From Deinococcus radiodurans R1 = ATCC 13939 = DSM 20539 (GTDB lineage Bacteria > Deinococcota > Deinococci > Deinococcales > Deinococcaceae): a stretch of 32,000 nucleotides of DNA. This document shows positions 8,466-21,299 of this stretch, in pieces. The notes beneath the pieces are model-generated. The model made no database searches. It had not been told where the DNA came from and saw only the letters and a program-made list of their open reading frames with translations. The DNA lies in assembly GCF_000008565.1 (NCBI RefSeq), contig NC_001263.1, positions 1,664,676-1,696,675 of the forward strand, written 5' to 3'. How positions within the stretch are numbered: the first letter of the stretch is position 1; each line of letters begins with the position of its first letter. A program made the translations under genes and the position numbers.

Positions 8466-8493
8466 AGCGTTGCCGGGGCAGCGTTGCTGGGGC
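8466..8493. repeat. abutting tandem direct repeat, 2 x 14 nt (AGCGTTGCCGGGGC / AGCGTTGCTGGGGC)
   Basis: 13 of 14 positions are identical. It lies 15-42 nt upstream of the ABC ATPase ATG (8451), in the divergent intergenic region. Confidence 0.6.
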
Positions 8494-8672
8494 GAGGCCA
8501 CCCGGCGGCCTGACTTTGCAGACGAAAACCCTTCGCTGGCAGCGCTTCCAGCATCATCAGGCCGCTGTGCTAGCATCGGCGGCGACCACACCCCAGGATA
8601 CGTCCCAGCGCAACCGACCCGGCCCCCGGCCCCGACTGCCCTGTGCGTGCCCTGTCTTCAACGGAGGAACCC

Positions 8673-9632
<960 letters not shown>

Positions 9633-9680
9633 GGTCTAACCGTCTGAGGGCCTCACTGTCTTAGAATGCCCTCTTCCACC

Positions 9681-9717
9681 GGGCCAGTCCCTTTTGTTTC
9701 GAGACTGGCCCTTTTTT
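9681..9717 (+). terminator. intrinsic terminator/attenuator between the TRAP binding-protein and permease genes
   Basis: Perfect 9-bp stem GGGCCAGTC (9681-9689) / GACTGGCCC (9703-9711), followed by TTTTTT (9712-9717). Confidence 0.7.
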
Positions 9718-9740
9718 CTTCCCCCAAGCATGAGGACAGT

Positions 9741-10289
9741 ATGAGTGATCCCACCAAACCGATTTCATCCGACCCCGCGCTGTCGCCGCCCGGCCAGGAG
9801 ATGACCGAGGGCGAGCGCCGCGCCCTGGAAATGGTCGAAGCCGCCGAGACGGGCGGGCGCAAGCTCCTCGGCTGGCAGGCCGGCCTGGTCACGACCATCG
9901 CCGTCGCGTGGTGCCTGTTTCAGATGTACGCCGCCTGGAACGGCACGCTGGTGCCGACCACCCTGCGGGCGATTCACCTCGCCTTCGCTTTTGCGCTCGC
10001 CTTTCTGGTCTTTCCCTTCCGCAAGACGCCAGGGCGCCCGCAGGTCGGGATTCCCTGGGGCGACTGGTTACTGGGGCTGCTGGCGACTGGGAGCGCCGCC
10101 TACTTCGTTATCGAGTACGCCAACATCGCCGCCAACGGGGGAATCCGCGACGGGGTGCCCGCCGACTTGTGGGCTGGGAGCGCGCTGGTCGTGATGCTGC
10201 TGCTCGCGGCGTGGCGCACCATCGGGATTGCCATGCCGCTGATTTCCACGGCTTTTATCCTCTTCGCCTTCATGGGCGCCAAGGGACTC
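9741..10289 (+). pseudogene. TRAP transporter fused (DctQ-DctM type) permease, N-terminal fragment (183 codons) cut by ISDra2
   Basis: GAGGA comes before ATG 9741. The frame runs to codon CTC 10287-10289, then continues 22 IS-encoded codons to TGA 10356-10358. Joining 10289 to 12026 restores ..FMGAKGL-IKAIQTPFHGGYTW.. in frame. Confidence 0.9.
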
Positions 10290-10430
10290 TTGAACCTCAC
10301 ACGACTAAAGTCGCGTGATTCTCACTTCGCAGACCATTGCCCGCCGAAGCAGGTCTGACATAGCCTCCATGAGCGTTTAAGGTGTCTGAGATTCCCGCAG
10401 CCACCAACGCTTCACGCCGAATGTTCAGCG
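10274..10430 (-). ncRNA. TnpB guide RNA (omega RNA / right-end RNA): scaffold from the tnpB 3' end plus RE, with a 16-nt guide from flanking DNA; 5' boundary approximate
   Basis: Family knowledge plus hairpins seen by eye on the minus strand. AACGCU 10437-10432 pairs with AGCGUU 10411-10406. CAGACC 10357-10352 pairs with GGUCUG 10335-10330 and encloses CUGC-UUCG-GCGG (10352-10341). RE hairpin at 10317-10298. The scaffold ends ..GUGUGAGGUUCAA at 10290. Guide GAGUCCCUUGGCGCCC = 10289-10274. Confidence 0.7.
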
Positions 10431-11523
10431 CAGCGTTCTCGTCTCGGTCATGGGTTTCCCCACAGTTCGGGCAAGTCCATGTACGGACGGCAAGATTCTT
10501 CACTTCGGGATTCTTGAATCCGCAGTCATGACACAACTGGCTAGATGGAAAGTAGGGGCTGACTTTAGATACCAGTCGCCCGTACCACGCTGCCTTGTAT
10601 TCCAACTGCCGGATGAACTCACCCCAGCCCGCATCACTGATGCTCAGTGCAAGGCGGCGATTTTTCCGCATGTTGTCGGGTTTAAGGTGTTCGGTTCCGA
10701 TGATTTCGTACTCACGCACCAGGGAGGTGGTGAGCTTGTGAAGGAAATCCTGACGCTTATTGACAATGCGCTTGTGAATCCGAGCCAGCTTGGTTTTCGC
10801 TTTCCCGTAACGTGCGCTGCCCTTCTTCCGTCTGGACAGGGTTTGCTGAGCTTTACGAAGTCTTTTCAGGGTGGAGCGGTAATATTTCGGATTCTGTTCA
10901 TGCTTAAACCTCACGCCATCGGTCACGATGGCAAAATCCTTGATGCCGACATCCACACCCGCTGCAAACTTGGGAGCCGCAGGCAGGTAGGGAATCTCGA
11001 CTTCACAGAGAACGGACGCTTCGTAATGGCCTTCGTGAATACGGCGCACAGTGACATTCAGAATCTTCCCTTGAATATCCTGCTGGCCCTTGGTTTTCAC
11101 CCATCCCAGCTTAGGAAGTTTGAGCCTACCTTCCCCAATTTGGATGTTGTTGTTGGTGAATTGAGTCCGGTAGGACTCTCCCGTGCGCTTCTTTCTGAAA
11201 CGTGGGAATCCTACCTTTTTACCGGACTGCTTCACAGTCCGAAAGAAGTTCTTGTACGCGGTCTCAAGGTTTTTCAGCGAGTTCTGCAAAGCAAACTTAT
11301 CTACTTCCGAGAGCCAGGAGGTTTCTTCAGCCTGCTTCAGAAGGGTCAGTTCGCTACTCGTTTGCCCGTAGGTCAGTCCCTTCCCGCTTTCCTTGTAGGC
11401 CGCAATGCGACGGGCAAGGAAGTGGTTGTAGACGAACCTTGCGCTACCCAGCGTGCGGTTAATCAGTTCAGTCTGAGCCGCATTTGGGTACAGCCTGACC
11501 ACGAAAGCCTTATTCCTTATCAT
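10297..11523 (-). CDS. tnpB: TnpB, RNA-guided DNA endonuclease (RuvC-like, Cas12 ancestor class)
   Basis: 408 aa. RuvC D191 (GVDVGIKD), E278 (IIGTEHL), D361 ([10 protein letters not shown]). Zinc finger CHDCG..CPNCG. The start overlaps the tnpA stop by 14 nt. Confidence 0.97.
10298..10317 (-). other. RE subterminal imperfect hairpin (TnpA recognition structure)
   Basis: The minus strand reads CACGCGACT-TT-AGTCGTGTG, with one mismatched pair. It is followed by AGGTTCAA up to the element end. Confidence 0.8.
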
Positions 11524-11932
11524 GCTGGCTCTCTATGTATTTCTGAATCTGAGCGCGGGTGTTTTCAGAAACAGTCAGGATGCAATACGACGGGTTCCAG
11601 AGATTGCCGCCCCACAGCTTTTCTTTCAACTGCGGGTAGGCCACGAACATCCGACGTGCGGAAGCGCCTTTCAGCGCCTTCACGAAGTCGGGGATGGCTT
11701 GCTGTGGGGTTGCGCTTAGCAGGAGGTGAACGTGGTCAGGCATGACTTCCATCGTGATGACTTCCAGCCCGTTCTGAGCGGCAATGTCACGCAGGATGTC
11801 TTTCAGTCCATCAGCAACCTCACCCACCAACACCTGATGACGGTATTTCACGCACCAGATGAGGTGGTATTCAAGCTGATAGACGTAACCCCGGCCTTTC
11901 TTCATCTCAAGGGGAAGAATAACATATGTCAT
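11510..11932 (-). CDS. tnpA: TnpA, IS200/IS605-family Y1 (HUH) single-strand DNA transposase
   Basis: 140 aa. HUH motif DHVHLLL (H67/H69). Catalytic Tyr132 in QKYIESQ. Confidence 0.97.
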
Positions 11933-11961
11933 CTGGAAAAGCTAGAGGCTTCCGCTTTTCA

Positions 11962-11979
11962 TCGCCCTTTTCAGGGCGA
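11962..11979 (-). other. second LE hairpin, perfect 7-bp stem with a GAAA loop
   Basis: The minus strand reads TCGCCCT-GAAA-AGGGCGA (11979-11962). It lies between the TnpA-type hairpin and the tnpA start. Function unknown. Confidence 0.5.
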
Positions 11980-11989
11980 GAGGGGCTAA

Positions 11990-12009
11990 CTCATGACTGA
12001 AGTCACGAG
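11990..12009 (-). other. LE subterminal imperfect hairpin (TnpA recognition structure)
   Basis: The minus strand reads CTCGTGACT-TC-AGTCATGAG. It has the same GACT-NN-AGTC core and the same mismatch position as the RE hairpin. Confidence 0.8.
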
Positions 12010-12025
12010 TGTGCGCCCCTCAAGC

Positions 12026-13600
<1,575 letters not shown>

Positions 13601-13715
13601 GCGCCTGCTCTCTACGCCCGTTTCCCTGACCGGAGATGGGCGCATTTGTATTGTCCTCACGTTTGTTCAAGCTTTCATCACTTCAGGGTCAGTTTCGGGG
13701 TGCAGAGTGAGAGGC

Positions 13716-14255
13716 ATGAAAAAGATTCTTCTGGCAAGTGTGGCCGGCGCGGGTCTGCTGGCGAGTTGTGGCGGCGTGCTGACTGCTGACCCGGTGACGA
13801 ACCTCGCCGTGAGCAGCTACAGCACCGATTGGCAGCTGAACAGCGACGTGCGCGATCAAAACGGACAGGTCATCCCCAAGGGGACCTACCTGATCTGCGA
13901 CAACAAGAACACCAAGATGCAAGTCGGTGTGACCTTCCAGGGAGGGTTGCAGCAACTCGCCCTCCAGTTCAAGGGCTACAACACCGGCACCACCAAGACG
14001 GTGGCCACCAACCCCCTGAACGCCACCAACTCCTCGGGCAGCGGCACCTACGAGTACACCTTCGGTCCCAACACCGCCCCCCTGAGCGTGGGCGGCGGCA
14101 ACCTGAGTGCTCAGGCCATTATCGTCAACCCCATCACCAACGTGACTGTCAAGGGCTATACCTACGTGCGCGTTCAGGGTTATGACCTGGCTGGCAATGC
14201 CAGCAACGTCGCCACCAGCCCCACGGCTATTCCTGTCGCCGACTGCGCCAGCTAA
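13716..14255 (+). CDS. hypothetical lipoprotein
   Basis: GAGAGG comes before ATG 13716. Lipobox LLASC in MKKILLASVAGAGLLASCGG. Thr/Asn/Gly-rich mature part. No family recognised. Confidence 0.65.
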   Translation: MKKILLASVAGAGLLASCGGVLTADPVTNLAVSSYSTDWQLNSDVRDQNGQVIPKGTYLICDNKNTKMQVGVTFQGGLQQLALQFKGYNTGTTKTVATNPLNATNSSGSGTYEYTFGPNTAPLSVGGGNLSAQAIIVNPITNVTVKGYTYVRVQGYDLAGNASNVATSPTAIPVADCAS

Positions 14256-14273
14256 AGACACCGACGCTGAAGG

Positions 14274-14301
14274 GCCTTCCCCACCGGGAGGCTCTTTTTT
14301 T
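14274..14301 (+). terminator. intrinsic terminator
   Basis: GCCTTCC (14274-14280) pairs with GGGAGGC (14286-14292), with one G-U pair. It is followed by TCTTTTTTT. Confidence 0.65.
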
Positions 14302-14344
14302 GGCATCCGTCCCTATAGTTGATAAAAATACTCAACTTATCTGC

Positions 14345-14350
14345 TATACT
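14345..14350 (+). promoter_or_regulatory. -10 box TATACT, 7 nt upstream of the ATG at 14358 (leaderless-type promoter)
   Basis: AT-rich stretch TTGATAAAAATACTCAACTTATCTGCTATACTCCGACGCATG. No Shine-Dalgarno sequence. Confidence 0.5.
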
Positions 14351-14357
14351 CCGACGC

Positions 14358-15332
14358 ATGAAAGTTGCACTCCTCTCCCTTCTCACTCTGACCCTCGCCG
14401 CCAGTGCCCAGTCCCAGCAGGCCAAAGAGCTGCGGCTCGGCGTGTTTCCCAACGTGACCCACGCGGCGGGCCTGGTCGCCATCAACAAGGGCCTGATTCA
14501 AAAGGAACTCGGCAGCGGCGTGAAGCTGGTTGTCCGCGAATTTGCCAACGGCTCGCAGGTGAACGAGGCGCTGGCAGCGGGCGCCATTGACGCTTCCTAC
14601 GTCGGCCCTGGCCCGGTCATGAACGCTTTCATGCGCGGCGTGCCGGTGCAGGTCTACGCGGGCGCGGCCAACGCGGGCGCGGTGCTCGTGGGCCGCAAGG
14701 ACAGCGGGATTCGCAACGTGAAGGGCCTCGCCGGGAAAAAGGTCGCCGTGCCCACGCGCGGCTCGACCCAGGACATCAGCCTGCGCCACCTGCTGCACGA
14801 AAACGGCCTGAAGGCGAGCGACGAGGGCGGCAACGTGACCATCGTGCCGATTGACCCGGCCAACATGCCCGCCGCGTTCGTGGGCAAGCAGGTGGACGCC
14901 GCGCTGGTGCAGGAGCCCTGGGGCGCCATCATGGAAGGCCAGGGCGCCAAGCTCATCGTGAACGAAAAGGGCGTCTGGAACGGCGGCAACTACACCTCCA
15001 CCGTACTCGTCGTGAACACCAAGTACGCCGCTGCCAACCCGGAAACCGTCAAGGACCTGCTGCGCGGGCACCTCGCCGCCATCAATCTGATCAACAAGAG
15101 CAACGCCGGGGCGCAGAAGGCGATTTCGGACCAGATTTACGCCTTTACCGGCAAGCGTCCTAACAGCGCAGAACTGTTCAAGGCGCTGGCGCGCACCAAG
15201 GTCACCTGGGACATCAACCTGCAAACACTGGGCGAGTACGCGCAGCTCAACAAGGAAGCCGGTTTTGCCCGCGACGTGCCGGACCTGAACAAGTTCGTGG
15301 ACCTGAGCGTGGTCAAGTCACTGGCCAAATAA
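14358..15332 (+). CDS. ABC transporter substrate-binding protein, NMT1/SsuA/TauA-like (nitrate/sulfonate/taurine family)
   Basis: ATG at residue 14 of ORF 14319-15332. Signal peptide [17 protein letters not shown]. Family-like blocks ([34 protein letters not shown]). Confidence 0.75.
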   Translation: MKVALLSLLTLTLAASAQSQQAKELRLGVFPNVTHAAGLVAINKGLIQKELGSGVKLVVREFANGSQVNEALAAGAIDASYVGPGPVMNAFMRGVPVQVYAGAANAGAVLVGRKDSGIRNVKGLAGKKVAVPTRGSTQDISLRHLLHENGLKASDEGGNVTIVPIDPANMPAAFVGKQVDAALVQEPWGAIMEGQGAKLIVNEKGVWNGGNYTSTVLVVNTKYAAANPETVKDLLRGHLAAINLINKSNAGAQKAISDQIYAFTGKRPNSAELFKALARTKVTWDINLQTLGEYAQLNKEAGFARDVPDLNKFVDLSVVKSLAK

Positions 15333-15351
15333 GCCGTAAGACCGCTGTGTG

Positions 15352-15384
15352 TCACGCCCTCCTACGCTGGGGGCGTGATTTTTG
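15352..15384 (+). terminator. intrinsic terminator
   Basis: TCACGCCC (15352-15359) pairs with GGGCGTGA (15371-15378), followed by TTTTT. Confidence 0.7.
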
Positions 15385-15406
15385 TTGCCCCCACGAGGCC
15401 CTTTTA

Positions 15407-16906
15407 ATGCTCGCCCGCGCCCGCAGTGTGGCCCTGATCGGCGTGGACGCCGTGCCGGTGGAAGTCGAGGTGGACGTGTCGCCGGGGCTGCCGGCGTTTA
15501 CAGTGGTCGGCTTGCCCGATCAGGCCGTCAGCGAGGCACGCGAACGGGTGCGGGCCGCCGTGCGGAACTCGGGACTGCCTTTTCCAGCGGCTAGAATTAC
15601 GGTGAACCTCGCGCCCGCCGACTTGCGCAAAGAAGGCCCGCTGTACGACCTACCGATTGCGCTGGGGTTGCTCGCCGCGCAGGAACTGCTGCCGCAGGAA
15701 GCGCTGGAAGAAACGATTGTGGCCGGGGAACTCGCGCTGGACGGCAGCCTCCGACCCATCGCGGGAGCAGTCAATCTGGCGCTGCTGGCGGCGGGGCATG
15801 ACCTCGAAGCCCTGCTGCCGGCGGGCAATGCGCAGGAGGCGGCACTCATCGAGGACGTGAGCGTGTTCGGCGCGGCCACCCTGCGCGAGGCGGTGGCGCA
15901 TCTCAGCGGGGCGGCGCGGCTGCCGCTGACGCAGCCCGAAACGCCCGAGGACGACGCGGCGCTTTTTCCTGACCTCGGCGACCTCAAGGGCCAGACGGCG
16001 GCGCGGCGGGCGCTCGAAGTCGCGCTGGCGGGCGGGCACAACCTGCTCATGGTCGGCTCGCCCGGCTCCGGCAAGACCATGCTGGCGCGGCGGGCTCCGG
16101 GCCTATTACCTCCGCTGACCCGTGCCGAGGCGTTGGAAGTCACCCGGATTCACTCGGCGGCGGGGCTGCTGACCAGCCGGGGCAAGTTCAGCCGCCACGC
16201 GCCGTTCCGGGCGCCGCACCACACGGTGTCGGACGCGGGGCTAATCGGCGGGGGCAGCATTCCCAAGCCGGGGGAAGTGTCGCTGGCTCACCGGGGCCTG
16301 CTCTTTCTCGACGAGTTTCCCGAATTTTCGCGCAAGGCGCTGGAGACGCTGCGGCAGCCGCTGGAAGATGGCCGGGTGACCATCAGCCGGGCGCGGGCGA
16401 CGGTGGAGTATCCCGCCCGTTTTCAACTGCTGGCGGCCATGAACCCGTGTCCCTGTGGGCACTACGGCGACCCGGAAAAGCCCTGCACCTGCACGCCGAA
16501 CGAGAGAACCCGCTACGCCGCCCGGCTGAGTGGCCCGCTGCTCGACCGCCTCGACCTGATCGTGAAGGTGCCCCGCCTGACGGTGGACGAGCTGACCCGC
16601 GCCCCGGAGCCGGAGACCTCCGCGCCGGTGCGGGAGCGCATTGCCGCCGCGCGTGAGCGAATGCTGGCGCGGCAGGGGGGCCGCAACAGCGACCTCGCCG
16701 GGCAGGCGCTGCGCGAACATGCGCCGCTGGCCGCCGGGCCGCTCGCCTTCGCGCAGGCCGCCGCCCGGCAACTGGGCCTCACCGGGCGCGGCTACGACCG
16801 GGTGCTGCGGTTGGCGCGCACGGTGGCCGACCTCGCGGGCAGTGACGAGATTCGGGAAGCACACCTTGCCGAAGCGGTGACGTACCGGCCACGGGAACTG
16901 GCGTAA
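15407..16906 (+). CDS. comM: YifB/ComM-family ATPase (Mg-chelatase-like AAA+, competence-associated)
   Basis: ATG at residue 21 of ORF 15347-16906. N-terminal Lon-like domain ([19 protein letters not shown]), Walker [18 protein letters not shown], cysteine cluster [17 protein letters not shown]. Confidence 0.88.
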   Translation: MLARARSVALIGVDAVPVEVEVDVSPGLPAFTVVGLPDQAVSEARERVRAAVRNSGLPFPAARITVNLAPADLRKEGPLYDLPIALGLLAAQELLPQEALEETIVAGELALDGSLRPIAGAVNLALLAAGHDLEALLPAGNAQEAALIEDVSVFGAATLREAVAHLSGAARLPLTQPETPEDDAALFPDLGDLKGQTAARRALEVALAGGHNLLMVGSPGSGKTMLARRAPGLLPPLTRAEALEVTRIHSAAGLLTSRGKFSRHAPFRAPHHTVSDAGLIGGGSIPKPGEVSLAHRGLLFLDEFPEFSRKALETLRQPLEDGRVTISRARATVEYPARFQLLAAMNPCPCGHYGDPEKPCTCTPNERTRYAARLSGPLLDRLDLIVKVPRLTVDELTRAPEPETSAPVRERIAAARERMLARQGGRNSDLAGQALREHAPLAAGPLAFAQAAARQLGLTGRGYDRVLRLARTVADLAGSDEIREAHLAEAVTYRPRELA

Positions 16907-16910
16907 CGCT

Positions 16911-17942
16911 GTGTCCAGCCCACCGCCCCTGTCAACTTCGCCTTCTTTGCTGGGCGCGGTGGGCTTCCTGGCGTGTTTGATGTTCGCGCTGCTGGTGTGC
17001 TCTGGCTTCGCCCAGGCGCAGCTCACCCCCTGGCTGGGCCTGGCCGGGAGCCTGTTGATTACGCTGGACACGCTCCGGCAGGTTGACAGGACCAAAAGGC
17101 AGCACCCGCTGTGGGGCAAGGACCCGCTTTATCCCCTGCTGCTCGGCCTGAATGCAACCCTGGCCCTGGCCTATCCACTTGCGCTGGCCGGGCTGGGGTT
17201 GCTGCTTTTCGGCCTGACCGAGTTGCTTACCAGGCCTGACCCGCTGCTGCTCGGCCTGAGTGCGCTGGCCCTGGCACCGCTGGGCTACGGGCTGCCCTGG
17301 GCTGTGGCAGCGTTCTCACGTCACCTCGACCCGGAGCCGCCGCAGCCGGACGACTTTGCCGTGGCCGGCGAAAGCGAGCGGGTCTGCGGGCTGGAAGTGA
17401 GCGCCGAGGGGCAGCTGTTCGTCGTCTGGGACAAAAACCGTGACCGCTGGCGGGGGGAGCCCAATGCTTACAGCGAAGCAGACGGAAGAGTCCGGCTTCC
17501 GGTGCGCGGAATTCGTCTTCCGGCGAATAGGCGCGAAAAAAGCTTGCTGTGGGCGCTTTCCAGGGCGGTGGTCTGGCGGACATACGGTACCAAGCGGCGC
17601 AACCGAATTCACGCTCTTCCGCTGTACCGGTTGGCCGACGGCGGTGAAGACACCGAACCGTATGTCCTGGTCAAGACCCGTTACGGCAAGTGGCAGCAGC
17701 GCAGCACTGGCGAGCGTTATGCGTCGCTGGCCGAGCTGCTGGTTGGCTGGGGGCTGGCGGTGCCGTACAACACGCAAACGAGTGCAGATTTGCCGGAAGT
17801 ATTTCATGGCGAGGCCTTCAGCCCTTTTCTGAGCCGCGAGGAGGACGACCGGGTGCGCAGGCGGGAGCTGATGCGCGGCCTGCTGCTGCTGGTTGTCCTG
17901 GGTCTTTGGCTGCTGTGGCGTGGCGGTTTCCTCCAGCTCTAA
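16911..17942 (+). CDS. hypothetical membrane protein
   Basis: GTG start 5 nt after the comM stop. Several hydrophobic helices in the N-terminal 130 aa and one at the extreme C-terminus. No family recognised. Confidence 0.5.
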   Translation: MSSPPPLSTSPSLLGAVGFLACLMFALLVCSGFAQAQLTPWLGLAGSLLITLDTLRQVDRTKRQHPLWGKDPLYPLLLGLNATLALAYPLALAGLGLLLFGLTELLTRPDPLLLGLSALALAPLGYGLPWAVAAFSRHLDPEPPQPDDFAVAGESERVCGLEVSAEGQLFVVWDKNRDRWRGEPNAYSEADGRVRLPVRGIRLPANRREKSLLWALSRAVVWRTYGTKRRNRIHALPLYRLADGGEDTEPYVLVKTRYGKWQQRSTGERYASLAELLVGWGLAVPYNTQTSADLPEVFHGEAFSPFLSREEDDRVRRRELMRGLLLLVVLGLWLLWRGGFLQL

Positions 17943-18058
17943 CACTATCTGACACTTCAGCCGCCGCTTTTTTTCTTTGCGCTGGGCAGAGGAGCACACC
18001 CAGAAAAATCCATCTAAAGGCGGACGCCCGGCGCGCGGCTTTCCCTGACTCTGCCAGC

Positions 18059-19114
18059 ATGTTGAGAACCGCTTTCGTGCTGACGGCTGGGCTTCTCTCT
18101 GCGGCACTGGCCGTTTCAAACAGCTTGACGGTGTGGCTGCCGGAGCAGGGGCAGACGGCGACATTAAGCAGCCAGGGACTGACAGCGGCGGATGGCGGGC
18201 GCATCGTCCTTAACCGCCCCGCGTACGATTTGCCGTTTGAGCGGCCTATCTCCGGCGGCTTCGTGCGACTGACTCCGGCGGGTAAAACTGACCCCGCCCG
18301 GCTGGAAGTGGTGCAGGGCGGCAAGGTGACGGCCTCGCGGACTTTTCCCGAAGCGCGGTATGGCGCCAGGTTGCAGGGGACGGAACGAGGCCCCTGCGTG
18401 AGCTCTACGGAGACAGACAGTGACAAGAGCATCACCCGCTGCTTTGCGCCCGACCTGAAAACGGAGTGGGTCAAGTTGCCCGGCCAGCCGTTTCTTAGCG
18501 CTAGCGGGAAAGTGGCTTACACCATTCTGACGGATTGGAAGCTGGAAAAACCTGCCGGTGACGATGTAGACGTCATTCGCCGTGACCTTGGCACAGGCGA
18601 GGAAGTGACCCTGAGCTACCGCGTGCCACTTCCCGGTCAGACTTTGGTGGTGCCCTCCGGGATGTCTGACCCGATTGACCGCCGCGCCACTCTCGGGCTG
18701 GCTGCCGAACTGCCCGGCGAGCGTTACCTCGTTTGCGCCAACACGACCATTCCCAAAGACCCTTGCCGCCTGGACATCGTTGACCGCGACTTCAAGAAGC
18801 TCTTGAGCCTGCAAGGCAACGCTTATATTCATCTGCCGCAGGCCACCAAAGACGGCAGCAAAGTCTTCTATTTGGGCAACACCCTGCAAGTCTGGGACGC
18901 CTACACCGGCAAACGCCTGAGCAGCATTCACGACCCGCTGTGGGAGAAAAACAGGCAAATCCCGCTGCATGCTTACCTGACGCCCGACAGCACGCAGGCG
19001 GCGATTCTGACTGCCGGCATCAAAAACGGCTGGCCTGACTCCAACAAAATGACGGCTTACCTCTACCGCCTGAGCGACAGCAAATTACTCGGTAGCTTTG
19101 CGGTGAAGCCATAA
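18059..19114 (+). CDS. hypothetical secreted protein
   Basis: Internal ATG (residue 124 of ORF 17690-19114) gives the signal-peptide-like MLRTAFVLTAGLLSAALAVS. No family recognised. Confidence 0.55.
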   Translation: MLRTAFVLTAGLLSAALAVSNSLTVWLPEQGQTATLSSQGLTAADGGRIVLNRPAYDLPFERPISGGFVRLTPAGKTDPARLEVVQGGKVTASRTFPEARYGARLQGTERGPCVSSTETDSDKSITRCFAPDLKTEWVKLPGQPFLSASGKVAYTILTDWKLEKPAGDDVDVIRRDLGTGEEVTLSYRVPLPGQTLVVPSGMSDPIDRRATLGLAAELPGERYLVCANTTIPKDPCRLDIVDRDFKKLLSLQGNAYIHLPQATKDGSKVFYLGNTLQVWDAYTGKRLSSIHDPLWEKNRQIPLHAYLTPDSTQAAILTAGIKNGWPDSNKMTAYLYRLSDSKLLGSFAVKP

Positions 19115-19118
19115 AAAA

Positions 19119-19140
19119 CCCCCTCCAGGGAGGAAGGGGG
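19119..19140 (-). terminator. intrinsic terminator of the M3 peptidase gene (possibly bidirectional)
   Basis: The minus strand reads CCCCCTTC-CTCCCT-GGAGGGGG (8-bp stem including one G-U pair), followed by TTTTTTAT. It sits between convergent genes. Confidence 0.7.
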
Positions 19141-19155
19141 AAAGAGCGTTAAGGT

Positions 19156-21213
<2,058 letters not shown>

Positions 21214-21221
21214 CGGGGACG

Positions 21222-21227
21222 AGTATA
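21222..21227 (-). promoter_or_regulatory. -10 box TATACT, 8 nt upstream of the ATG at 21213 (leaderless-type promoter)
   Basis: The minus strand reads CCTATACTCGTCCCCGATG. No Shine-Dalgarno sequence. Confidence 0.5.
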
Positions 21228-21299
21228 GGCCGGGAAGCTCAGGGACCGCTCAGCCGGGTGGCGTATGGACGGGGCGCCGTGGCGCTGCTCAACTGGTGC

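Larger units (their letters stand above)
10290..12025 (-). mobile_element. ISDra2 (IS200/IS605 family), complete 1736-bp copy; LE at the high-coordinate end, RE at the low-coordinate end
   Basis: Boundaries come from in-frame restoration of the host gene. TTGAT lies immediately 5' of LE (minus strand 12030-12026) and RE ends in TTCAA (10294-10290). There are no terminal inverted repeats and no target duplication. GC content is visibly lower than in the flanks. The 1736-bp length equals the published ISDra2 length as I recall it. Confidence 0.97.

Noticed and set aside
9666-9740. Upstream extension of the TRAP permease ORF (track start at 9666).
   Set aside because: The extension runs through the terminator hairpin at 9681-9717. 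ATG 9741 has a GAGGA ribosome-binding site, and the family-like sequence begins after it.
10450-11745. 431-codon plus-strand ORF running antisense through all of tnpB and into tnpA. Its length is striking because this segment is not very GC-rich.
   Set aside because: It is codon-aligned with tnpB, so antisense stops would require the sense codons TTA, CTA or TCA, which tnpB simply does not use. Its translation has no recognisable motifs, and it lacks a convincing start context. The tnpB frame carries the full RuvC/zinc-finger signature. Ribosome profiling would settle the question.
14319-14323. A second TTGAT on the plus strand, considered as a possible additional TnpB/ISDra2 target.
   Set aside because: The downstream sequence (AAAAATACTCAACTTA) has no similarity to the guide GAGTCCCTTGGCGCCC. 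A pentamer like this is expected many times by chance, and it is more simply part of an AT-rich promoter.
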